Positions 55,937 to 64,000 of a stretch of 64,000 nt of DNA are shown here, one piece after another. The DNA lies in NCBI GenBank assembly GCA_963836235.1, contig CAWIIP010000002.1, positions 96,001 through 160,000 of the forward strand, written 5' to 3'. Under the pieces are notes generated by a model. That model worked only from the letters and a program-made list of their open reading frames with translations, was not told where the DNA came from and did not search any database. Each line of letters opens with the position of its first letter. The stretch's first letter is position 1. A program made the position numbers and the translations under genes. The DNA is from an uncultured Pseudomonadota bacterium. GTDB lineage: Bacteria > Oederibacteriota > Muellerivitia > Muellerivitales > Muellerivitaceae.

Positions 55937-56368
55937 TTATGAATAAGTATCTAAAAGCATCCCACGAATCTCATCTAAAGCCGCCAGGATCCTCATGGAA
56001 TCCTGCTGGCCTGCCAAAAGCAGTTGGCCCAGGTTTTCGATGGCTTCATCCACCTTCTGCATCGTTAAATAGACAACGAACTTTCCGTCCTTTTTCTTGC
56101 CATGATGTTCCTCCATACGAAAGGAAGAATTCACCACCTTATTCATGAACTTCTTGACCGAAGCCTTATATTCCTCAAATTCTTTACGACCTTTGCTGGA
56201 AAATAGTTTCCTCCCTTTTTCCTCGACCTCGACGATCATCATGCTTAATTCCGCTTGCAAGGCGGAGTTGGTCACCCTTTTAATGCGCTCATTCAACGCG
56301 GGCGCAAAGAGCGGGGAAATGGGTTGGGGCTTTTCAAATTCACTATCACCCAATTTTTCTATTTTCAT
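55937..56368 (-). CDS. YaaR/DUF327-like protein
   Basis: Pattern GRKL...EEYKASVKKF...V and the C-terminus LDEIRGMLLD. Confidence 0.7.
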   Translation of the reverse strand: MKIEKLGDSEFEKPQPISPLFAPALNERIKRVTNSALQAELSMMIVEVEEKGRKLFSSKGRKEFEEYKASVKKFMNKVVNSSFRMEEHHGKKKDGKFVVYLTMQKVDEAIENLGQLLLAGQQDSMRILAALDEIRGMLLDTYS

Positions 56369-56973
56369 AGGTTTTGTACCGTCCGATATCCCGCCGAAAG
56401 CTTCTCCACGTATTTGGCGAGGAGGTCCGCTTCCACATGCAAATAATCGTCCGCCTTCCTGAATTTCAAATCGGTATTTTGAAGGGTATGGGGGATAAGC
56501 GCCACTTCCACTTCGTCGCCTTTTACCGTCACAACCGTCAAGCTGATCCCATTCAGCGCGATGCTTCCCTTTTCAATTACATAAGGCACGAGTGCGTCAG
56601 GAATCCGAACCTTTAAGCGTGCGCCTTGACCGTCCTGGTTCAATTCCAAGATTTGACCGACACCGTCAACGTGGCCCTGAACAAAATGTCCACCTAAGGG
56701 CTCGCTGAGGGTCAAAGGAGGTTCCAAATTGACGGCCTCCCCTTTTTTCAAAAGTCCAAGCACGGTACGTTTGATCGTCTCTGGAACCGCCTGGAAGGAA
56801 ACAACAGGCGGCTTCACCTCCACCACCGTAAGGCAGCAACCATTGACGGCTACGCTATCCCCAATCCTTAACTTTGGGGACAACCGGGGAGCTTCCAGCG
56901 AAAGCCACAACTCATGACCTTGCTTTTCAGCCTTTAATACAGTCCCCACTTCTTGAATCAGACCCGTGAACAT
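56365..56973 (-). CDS. ribE: Riboflavin synthase
   Basis: Canonical MFTGLI start, GDSVAVNGCCLTV, GGHFVQGHVDG and KGSIALNGISLTV. Confidence 0.96.
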   Translation of the reverse strand: MFTGLIQEVGTVLKAEKQGHELWLSLEAPRLSPKLRIGDSVAVNGCCLTVVEVKPPVVSFQAVPETIKRTVLGLLKKGEAVNLEPPLTLSEPLGGHFVQGHVDGVGQILELNQDGQGARLKVRIPDALVPYVIEKGSIALNGISLTVVTVKGDEVEVALIPHTLQNTDLKFRKADDYLHVEADLLAKYVEKLSAGYRTVQNL

Positions 56974-56974
56974 T

Positions 56975-58069
56975 TCACATTTTTCCCGTGAGTAAAAAAT
57001 CAATACCAACTTTCCGCACTTGGATATCCTTTAAGTAAGGCGCAGTGTTGGGATTTTCAACACCCACTCCACCCACCCAACCGGGAGCCTTTCCTCCGAA
57101 AATTTTGGGTGAAATAAAGAGATCCACCTCATCAACTTTCTTTTCCCGCAAAAATGAAGCAAATACTTCACCGCCGCCTTCCACTAAAATTGAACGAACC
57201 TGGAGTAAATAAAGCACCTTTAAAACAGCTCTTAACGATAACATCTTTCCTTGTGAAGGCACCCGAAAAACAACCGCACCGCGCTTCACGAGGGCTTTTT
57301 CTTTGGTCTTAGAAGCTATTTGGGAGGTGAAAAGGATGGTTTTCGCCCGGCCTTGTAAAACTTTGGCCCTCAGGCCCAACCGCAAGCGGGAATCTAAAAT
57401 AACTCTAAAAGGCCATCCGTCGTTTCGACGATAGCCGGGAAGCCGAATTGTAAGAGAAGGATTATCCTTCAAAGCCGTGCCACTACCCACCAGGATAGCG
57501 TCGGATTGGACCCGCATTTCGTGGGTTTTCCGGCGAGCTTTTTCCCCCGTAATCCACTTGGACTTACCCGAAACGGTGGCAATTTTTCCATCCAAACTCA
57601 TGGCCGCTTTCAAGATGACCCGAGGCCTTCGATGGGCAACACTAAACAGAAAAGCCCGATTGATTTCTTGCGCTTCTTTTTCCAATACTCCCGTCTGCAC
57701 TTGTATGCCAGCTTCCGTTAACGCTTTGAATCCTCGTCCATTGACCAAGGGAAATGGGTCTTTCATAGCCACCACAACTTTTCGAACTTCCGATTGGATG
57801 ATAGCGTCTACACATGGTGGAGTTTTTCCATAATGGACGCAAGGTTCTAGGGTGATGTATAAAGTTGCGCCTTTAGCCCGCCTTCCGGCCTTCCTAAGCG
57901 TTACCCGCTCGGCGTGGGGGCCGCCATAAGGTTGGGTAGCTCCCTCCGCCACAATCCTGCCCTTCTGAACCAAAACGGCTCCGACCCTGGGATTTGGCGA
58001 AGCATATTTCGCCCGGTTCTGCGCCAGGAAAAGCGCTCGTCTCATAAATTTTAAATCCGCCTGAGCCAC
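56975..58069 (-). CDS. ribD: Bifunctional deaminase/reductase RibD (start uncertain)
   Basis: Motifs PNPRVGAV, HAE, LEPCVHYGKTPPC, SLDGKIAT and VEGGG. Confidence 0.95.
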   Translation of the reverse strand: MAQADLKFMRRALFLAQNRAKYASPNPRVGAVLVQKGRIVAEGATQPYGGPHAERVTLRKAGRRAKGATLYITLEPCVHYGKTPPCVDAIIQSEVRKVVVAMKDPFPLVNGRGFKALTEAGIQVQTGVLEKEAQEINRAFLFSVAHRRPRVILKAAMSLDGKIATVSGKSKWITGEKARRKTHEMRVQSDAILVGSGTALKDNPSLTIRLPGYRRNDGWPFRVILDSRLRLGLRAKVLQGRAKTILFTSQIASKTKEKALVKRGAVVFRVPSQGKMLSLRAVLKVLYLLQVRSILVEGGGEVFASFLREKKVDEVDLFISPKIFGGKAPGWVGGVGVENPNTAPYLKDIQVRKVGIDFLLTGKM

Positions 58070-58106
58070 CTCAACCACCGTTTTAAAAATTTTGACCTCG
58101 GGCCAC

Positions 58107-58135
58107 AGTATGCAATAGGCTCCATTGCCAATCAA
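58107..58135 (-). promoter_or_regulatory. Putative sigma70 promoter of the rib operon
   Basis: Minus strand reads TTGATT-17bp-CATACT. Confidence 0.45.
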
Positions 58136-58241
58136 GGCGTGCCGGCCCTTAGCCATTCCCCTTTTCAAAAAGGATTTCAAAGGTTAAAATCACACCGCTT
58201 TTATAGCCTCCCTATCCTGATTCCAACAAAAGGGGTTTTCA

Positions 58242-58865
58242 ATGCCGACTCTCGTTTTGGTTCGTCACGGCCAATCACAATGGAACTTGGAGAACAAATT
58301 CACCGGGTGGGTGGATGTTCCCCTAACCGAACAGGGAGAAAAAGAGGCTCACCGAGCGGGTCAACTTTTGAAAGGCTCAAAATTTGACATCGCTTTCACT
58401 TCCGATCTTCAACGCGCCCAAAAAACGTTAAATATCATTCTTCAGGAAATCAGCCAGACCAATCTCATGATTATTAAGGACAAGGCTCTCAACGAGCGAC
58501 ATTACGGCGCCCTCCAGGGTTTGAACAAGGCTGAGACCACCCAGAAATACGGCGAGGAGCAAGTCAAGATCTGGCGTCGTAGCTATGACGTGCCCCCGCC
58601 CAAGGACAATACCGGTTATTCCGAATCCCTCAAGGATACCGCCGCCCGGACCCTTCCCTATTTTGACCACAAAATCGTGCCCTACTTGAAAGACGGAAAA
58701 AACGTCCTCGTTGCCGCCCATGGCAATTCCTTGCGGTCCATCGTCATGCACCTGGAAAATCTGACCAAGGAACAGGTTCTGGAATTGAACCTTGATACCG
58801 GCGTTCCCCGGGTTTACGAATTGGACAAAAACTTGAAGATTCTTTCCTCAAAAGACCTGAAGTAA
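58242..58865 (+). CDS. gpmA: 2,3-bisphosphoglycerate-dependent phosphoglycerate mutase
   Basis: Motifs [27 protein letters not shown] and AHGNSLR. Confidence 0.96.
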   Translation: MPTLVLVRHGQSQWNLENKFTGWVDVPLTEQGEKEAHRAGQLLKGSKFDIAFTSDLQRAQKTLNIILQEISQTNLMIIKDKALNERHYGALQGLNKAETTQKYGEEQVKIWRRSYDVPPPKDNTGYSESLKDTAARTLPYFDHKIVPYLKDGKNVLVAAHGNSLRSIVMHLENLTKEQVLELNLDTGVPRVYELDKNLKILSSKDLK

Positions 58866-58879
58866 AGCTAACAGTCGAA

Positions 58880-59770
58880 ATGAATAAAACAGGGAAGATA
58901 TCGCAGTCCATCTATTGCCTTCTGGTCATTGCTCTCTTGGCCTTGAACTGTCTTTGTGGTTGTGCCCCCCATCGCTTTGCCCTCAAGCCTTCCTCTGCTC
59001 CCGCTCCCTCCCCACCCCCGCCCCAACCTCCCGTTTTAACTATTGACCAACTTTTTGGGCTTCAAAGACCACCTGATCTTATCCGCGACAACGATTCGGA
59101 CCAATATGCGCAGCGGCCCGTCATGGAAAGCTTTTGGAAGCTAAAGGAGAAGGCGGCCCAGGACGGCTGGCGTTTGATCCTAGTTTCGGGTTACAGGTCT
59201 TTTAGCCACCAACGCCACATTTGGAACCACTTTGACTCCCTTTATAAAAAAACAGACAACTTGGACGAAAAAGGACGGGCAAGGGCGGTTATGAGCTTAG
59301 TCTCGGTACCTGGACTTTCCCGGCATCATTGGGGTACCGAACTGGATATATCGGAGGCCAGCTTGAGAGGACAGTTAGTGAACGTGCACCCCGATACTCC
59401 GAGTAAGGTAGTCCAGTTTTACGATTGGATGGAACAAAACGCGCCTTTATTTGGTTTTTGCAAGACTTACGTCGGAAAACATGGGGCAGTAAGGGATGAA
59501 CCTTGGCATTGGAGCTACTTACCTTTTTCCAGGGTTTACCAACAGCAGTTTATGGCGATAAAAGATTTCCACGAAATCATGAACGACAAAGTTTTCAATG
59601 TTGGTTTCTTGATGAAGAATTTTCCGAAGATATTGAAACAGGAGATTCGGTCCATCAATAGCGAATGCTTTCCGGGAGAACCAACCGAAAAAAGTCAAAA
59701 CTCCGGCGTGGAAACGGAAGGCAAGGGACAACTACCCCCAACCCCGAAAGGCGCTGAAGGGGCGGATTAA
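58880..59770 (+). CDS. M15-family (VanY-like) D-Ala-D-Ala carboxypeptidase, probable lipoprotein
   Basis: Motifs SGYRS, PGLSRHHWGTELD and EPWHWSY, with an LCGC lipobox-like sequence. Confidence 0.88.
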   Translation: MNKTGKISQSIYCLLVIALLALNCLCGCAPHRFALKPSSAPAPSPPPPQPPVLTIDQLFGLQRPPDLIRDNDSDQYAQRPVMESFWKLKEKAAQDGWRLILVSGYRSFSHQRHIWNHFDSLYKKTDNLDEKGRARAVMSLVSVPGLSRHHWGTELDISEASLRGQLVNVHPDTPSKVVQFYDWMEQNAPLFGFCKTYVGKHGAVRDEPWHWSYLPFSRVYQQQFMAIKDFHEIMNDKVFNVGFLMKNFPKILKQEIRSINSECFPGEPTEKSQNSGVETEGKGQLPPTPKGAEGAD

Positions 59771-59832
59771 GTTCTTTGATCAGATACGGTCACTTATGGC
59801 GCCTCGGATTCCATCCCCAAATGAATTCGTCT

Positions 59833-60708
59833 CTACTTTTTGAGCCCGATAACCTTGAGGGGATAGTTTGAGTTTTGAACCCTTAAGCGGTCCCCCAATC
59901 GGAAGGGATAAGCCAAGTTGGCTCCATCGATAAAAAGCCGACCCTCCTTCATGCGGGAAACCACTTCTAAAATTCTACCCGGTTCCAATACTCCTTTTAA
60001 CAAATGGCGGGTTCCAAATTTCTTTTGATAGGCTTCTCGAACCACGTACTGGAATTTTCCGGAGGTGGGCGGCAAGGCCTTTCCCCCCGCCGAGAAAATA
60101 GCTGCCGTGGAGCCCGCAGCCGTGCTGATCCAGATGCCACTCGACATCTGCTCCTCGGCCCGGGAACCAACTTTAAGAACGTAACGGGAAGTACCGGCGG
60201 GGCTCAAGGTGGTCACCAATAGGTCGTTTAAAACCAGCCAAGGGTTCTTTCGGCCGTTCACCCAAAACTCAAGCCGGGGAACCGCGGTCGGCTTTAACCT
60301 GCCATCGAGATAGGTTTTTAAAACCATTGGAAAGGTCTTTAAATTACAACCGCTAAAGCGGGCCACGCTTCTTAAGGGATCGGAATTGACTCCCAAGATC
60401 GGAACCCGAACAGCATGATGGGAAGCGTCCAGTAACGTTCCGTCTCCACCCACAGAAACGAGAAATTTGAACTTTCCATCCACTCCCTTTTCGCGGTGAA
60501 CCTGGTCTCGGAGAACCAGGGTCACATTCATTCCTTCTTTTTCCAAAGCTTCCCTGACGCCATTCAGAGTAAGATTGTGGCGTTGATGGCTTCCCAAAAC
60601 GATGTCCCAGTAGCCGCCCTTTTTCAAGCTTTTAGCCAACTGGTTTTTGGATAGGTATTGGCTATAGGCGCTTTCTTTATAAACAACCAAAACTCGTGGT
60701 CTGGACAT
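59833..60708 (-). CDS. NAD(H) kinase
   Basis: Motifs GGDGTLL, LND and STAAGSTA. Start moved to ATG 60708. Confidence 0.88.
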   Translation of the reverse strand: MSRPRVLVVYKESAYSQYLSKNQLAKSLKKGGYWDIVLGSHQRHNLTLNGVREALEKEGMNVTLVLRDQVHREKGVDGKFKFLVSVGGDGTLLDASHHAVRVPILGVNSDPLRSVARFSGCNLKTFPMVLKTYLDGRLKPTAVPRLEFWVNGRKNPWLVLNDLLVTTLSPAGTSRYVLKVGSRAEEQMSSGIWISTAAGSTAAIFSAGGKALPPTSGKFQYVVREAYQKKFGTRHLLKGVLEPGRILEVVSRMKEGRLFIDGANLAYPFRLGDRLRVQNSNYPLKVIGLKK

Positions 60709-60716
60709 GAAATATC

Positions 60717-61316
60717 CTAATTCAGTAGGAATTGCTTGAGGGACACGAAACCCACCCGGATCATCATAACCGCGTAAGCGGCCAAAAGAAGCGCGGCTAG
60801 TTTGGATAGTACCCGGGTGCCAGTCAGGCCCATCCACTGCATGAGTACGGTGGATTTACGGAAAATGGACCAGGACAGGAACAAGTTCAAAATGAGGCAA
60901 CACCCGATCTCGACGACAGAAAACCTATCCCGAAGAAGAATAAGAGTCGCAAAAACCGCGGGACCTACCAAAAGCGGAATTCCGAAAGGCACGATCCCCG
61001 TCGCTTCCGAGGACTCACTCATGGCCATCATTTTCTGGTCCCACACCACGTCACGTAAAGCTACCACAAGGACCAAAAGACCGCCCGCCACCTGAAAGTC
61101 GCCGTTTTTAAGACCCAATACATCCAGCACCAGGGGGCCCAGTGGAATAAAGAGAAGACCGACCATTCCGGCCGTCAGAATGGAAAGGTTCAACATCTTC
61201 TGCCTTCTGGCAGGGGAAAGATCGGAGGTCATTTGGATAAAAATCGGCAGGACGCCCAAAGGATCCATAGCCACAAAGAGGGGGAGAAAAAGGCTGAGGA
61301 AGTCGGAGAAGGTCAT
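60717..61316 (-). CDS. MarC family membrane protein
   Basis: Motifs LFVAMDPLG, AGGLL and VPFGIPLLVGPA, with about six hydrophobic segments. Confidence 0.9.
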   Translation of the reverse strand: MTFSDFLSLFLPLFVAMDPLGVLPIFIQMTSDLSPARRQKMLNLSILTAGMVGLLFIPLGPLVLDVLGLKNGDFQVAGGLLVLVVALRDVVWDQKMMAMSESSEATGIVPFGIPLLVGPAVFATLILLRDRFSVVEIGCCLILNLFLSWSIFRKSTVLMQWMGLTGTRVLSKLAALLLAAYAVMMIRVGFVSLKQFLLN

Positions 61317-61390
61317 AGCGCCTCGAATAAAATGATTCCCATGTTGCCATTATAAGGCGGAGAGAGTTCCTGGTCGGAAAACCTCTAAAC

Positions 61391-63661
61391 TTATTTGGTT
61401 TTCATTACAAAAACACCATCCCAATTAACGCCGGGAGGGTCTTGTTTGAGATGATGACACCGTTTCACGAAAATCTCAGCGGGGCCGTCTTTCGGGTCCA
61501 AGTCCAAACAATTTTTGAAGCATTTGACCGCCTCGTCCCATTTTTGGGTGCGGTAGAAAGCCAGGCCCTCTTCAAAAGCCTTCACTTTCATTTCTTTGGC
61601 GCCCGCGCCTTTCAAACGGTGGTCCACCAATTCGTAAATGCGGATCGGCTCGTTTTTCCCCTTCACCTTGATCAGGTCCAGTTCGCGGCAAAGCATGTCA
61701 TTTTTTACTTGTACATAGGTGGTTTCAGAAATGATGATTTCCACGTGATATTCTTTCGTGGTCCCTTCCAGGCGGCTTCCCAAATTGACCGCATCACCGA
61801 TAAGGGTATAGCTTTTCATGGATTCGGACCCCACGAACCCTACGACCATGGGCCCGCTATTCAATCCGACCCCGATCTCGAGTTTTTCCTTGCCTTCTAA
61901 TTCCCATTTGGGATGCAGGACCGTATGTAGCAAATCCACCATTCCGAGCGCCGTACTGCAGGCCCGATAAGCGTTGTCCTGTTGAACTGTTGGCGCCCCC
62001 CAGAAGGCCATAATGGCGTCGCCGATGTACTTGTCTAAAGTGCCCTCGGTCTGGAAAACCAGGTAGGTCATCTGGGTCAAATATTCGTTGAGAATCTCAA
62101 CCACATCGTGGGGTTTATGTTTTTCGGAGAAAGTCGTGAATCCGCGAACATCGGAAAACATGACGGTCAGGTTCTTTTCTTCCCCGCCCAGCTCGATTCC
62201 CGCCGGCAGTTTCAGGATTTCTTCGACAACTTGAGGCGCTACCATACTCTGGAACATCTGCTTCATGTAGCGGCTATGGCGCACTTCCGTACGGAACTTG
62301 TAGGTAGTCAGCATGAGGAAAGTTACGACTAATGCCGCGGAGGGATAGGCCAAGTTGACCACATAGTTGAATTGACCAAAAAGGACACAGGCCACCGCGA
62401 AGTAAATGATGAAGACGAGGAGAAACCAAACCGTGCCCATGATGGGGGTCAGACGGGGGATCAAGTACCACATGAGCATGGCCGCCACTACGATTAGAGC
62501 CAGGGTCAAAGGTTCAGGGGCTTTCCTGAGGAAATTTCCGGAGATGGCGTTTTCCAGGACGTTGGCGTTGACATCCATCCCGGGCGCATTGTGGGTAAAA
62601 GGCGTGGGCCTCAAGTCGAAAAGCCCCGTGGCTGTCGCCCCGAAAATCACCACCGAATCCTTCAACTCCTCGGGCTTGATCCGGCCGTTCAACAAATCAC
62701 TAGCGGAATAGGTGGGAAAAGTGAAAGTTGGCGGATTCTTTCCGTAATCGATGAAAGGCCCGCAATAATTGATAAGGGCGATGCCCAGGTCCTGGATGGG
62801 GATTTGGTGCTTCCCTACCTTCACGTATTCTCCCATGTTAAACTTGATCGGATCCTTGTCCCCCAGGAAGTAGCGGGCCATCTGGAGTGACGCATGGGGA
62901 ATCAATTTTCCCTGGTAGGAAAGGACTGTCGGATAATAACGATAGATTCCATCCCAATAAGGGAACACGGTCGTGTGGCCCGAGTCCAGCGCGGATTGCT
63001 GTAGGAGAGGTATGGAAACGAGTAATGACTTGGCGTTGATCAAATCATCGGTTGATCCCCCGAACAACTCCGCCGGGGTGAAATGAAGCTTCCGGGGGTC
63101 GGGGATGGATCCCTCGGTTTCGGAGACATAGGGCTCGATCAAGAGGAAAACATTGCCCGCCTCCCGGATCGCCGCCGCCAATTGGGCGTCCCCGTCCTCC
63201 GACTCTTGAAACTTCTTGACGTCCGACCGGACCTTCTCCCGCATCGAGTTGGCCGTTTTGGAGGAACCCTTGAGTGAGGCTCCCAAAACTTCGTCCAGTT
63301 GGGCGAGCATTTTTTCCTGGGTGCGTTCGGGTTCCGGGAAAAAGACGTCGTAAAAAACGAATTTAACACCGTCCGCCTTGAGAAGACGGACAATCTTGGC
63401 GTGGGTGGCCCGGGGCCAGGGCCATTGGCCCACTTCCTTCAGGCTTTTCTCGTCTACCGTGATCAATTTAATGGGAGCCTGGGGAACCCTGGCACCGCGG
63501 ACGGAGAAACGTAAGTCGATCGTCTTGTTTTCCAGCAAAACAAAAAAACTAAAATCCTGGTTTTCACATGCGAAAAGAAGGAGGATCACCCCGAAGGCCA
63601 TCCAAAAAGCGGTTTTTTTGCTGTAATTAACTTTGATTTCTTTGGCTTGGGGCTGGGGCAT
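61391..63661 (-). CDS. CHASE2-domain class III adenylate cyclase with a C-terminal TPR-like segment
   Basis: CHASE2 motifs GQWPWPR and DLRPTP, three TM helices, and catalytic motifs FSDVRGFT, DKYIGDA (Lys, ATP-specifying) and YTLIGDAVNLGSRLEG. Confidence 0.93.
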   Translation of the reverse strand: MPQPQAKEIKVNYSKKTAFWMAFGVILLLFACENQDFSFFVLLENKTIDLRFSVRGARVPQAPIKLITVDEKSLKEVGQWPWPRATHAKIVRLLKADGVKFVFYDVFFPEPERTQEKMLAQLDEVLGASLKGSSKTANSMREKVRSDVKKFQESEDGDAQLAAAIREAGNVFLLIEPYVSETEGSIPDPRKLHFTPAELFGGSTDDLINAKSLLVSIPLLQQSALDSGHTTVFPYWDGIYRYYPTVLSYQGKLIPHASLQMARYFLGDKDPIKFNMGEYVKVGKHQIPIQDLGIALINYCGPFIDYGKNPPTFTFPTYSASDLLNGRIKPEELKDSVVIFGATATGLFDLRPTPFTHNAPGMDVNANVLENAISGNFLRKAPEPLTLALIVVAAMLMWYLIPRLTPIMGTVWFLLVFIIYFAVACVLFGQFNYVVNLAYPSAALVVTFLMLTTYKFRTEVRHSRYMKQMFQSMVAPQVVEEILKLPAGIELGGEEKNLTVMFSDVRGFTTFSEKHKPHDVVEILNEYLTQMTYLVFQTEGTLDKYIGDAIMAFWGAPTVQQDNAYRACSTALGMVDLLHTVLHPKWELEGKEKLEIGVGLNSGPMVVGFVGSESMKSYTLIGDAVNLGSRLEGTTKEYHVEIIISETTYVQVKNDMLCRELDLIKVKGKNEPIRIYELVDHRLKGAGAKEMKVKAFEEGLAFYRTQKWDEAVKCFKNCLDLDPKDGPAEIFVKRCHHLKQDPPGVNWDGVFVMKTK

Positions 63662-63667
63662 GGCTGC

Positions 63668-63698
63668 ATTCTATGTTTGACCCAACAAAGGGTCAAAC
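63668..63698 (-). promoter_or_regulatory. Sigma70 promoter ending 6 nt before the cyclase ATG, overlapped by a 9-bp inverted repeat
   Basis: Minus strand reads TTGACC-17bp-TAGAAT-GCAGCC-ATG. The palindrome GTTTGACCC-N6-GGGTCAAAC spans 63675-63698. Confidence 0.65.
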
Positions 63699-63750
63699 AG
63701 TTTTGAATTCTTAACTCGGAATTTTAACTGAATGTAACCGTGTTTCGAGG

Positions 63751-64000
63751 CTAAGAGGACGCCGATCTGTACCGCTGAAGACCCTTCTTCCAAATCCACA
63801 CCGTAAAAGCCATAAACGAAAGTCCTAAGGCAAATCCGTAGAATATCCAGCCGCTTTCCAGCTTATGAATCAGGAGCCCGGCTGGGAAATTGGAAACGAT
63901 CAGCATCGGGATTACCGTCATCAACACCCGGCGGATCAACCAGGGGTAAATATCCCCGGGATAGCGGGAAAATTGACCGAACTGCCAATAAAGCTCCATG
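63751..64000 (-). CDS. ABC-2 family transporter permease (C-terminal fragment)
   Basis: FSRYPGDIYP...IP...FPA and the C-terminus WKKGLQRYRSASS. The 5' end lies outside the window. Confidence 0.75.
   Translation of the reverse strand, partial: MELYWQFGQFSRYPGDIYPWLIRRVLMTVIPMLIVSNFPAGLLIHKLESGWIFYGFALGLSFMAFTVWIWKKGLQRYRSASS

Overview
Bacterial (diderm) chromosome segment with two halves. Positions ~39.7-64 kb are housekeeping: tRNA-Leu(CAA), RluA-family synthase, priA, oppABC-like genes, secA, ligA, nusB, the riboflavin operon, gpmA, an M15 peptidase, NAD kinase, MarC and a CHASE2 adenylate cyclase. Positions 1-39.7 kb are an accessory surface-protein region, almost all on the minus strand. 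The main candidate system is a ~25 kb block (14679-39711) flanked by tRNA-Leu and a degenerate copy of its 3' end, which looks like an integrase-less island. It encodes four secreted beta-propeller/Thr-Pro proteins (477-2547 aa) that all end in a T9SS-CTD/FlgD-Ig-like domain. It also encodes a PorV-like barrel with TPRs and an ECF sigma factor whose membrane anti-sigma ends in the same kind of CTD-like domain. A 31-bp motif upstream of both the sigma gene and the first giant cargo gene looks like that sigma's promoter. Outside the island are a coupled FecR / beta-barrel / giant repeat-lipoprotein operon, a GH10 xylanase, a truncated CTD protein absent from the ORF track, and a stand-alone 13-codon Lys-rich micro-gene. 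All family calls come from motif recognition by eye; no searches were run and the taxon was not determined.
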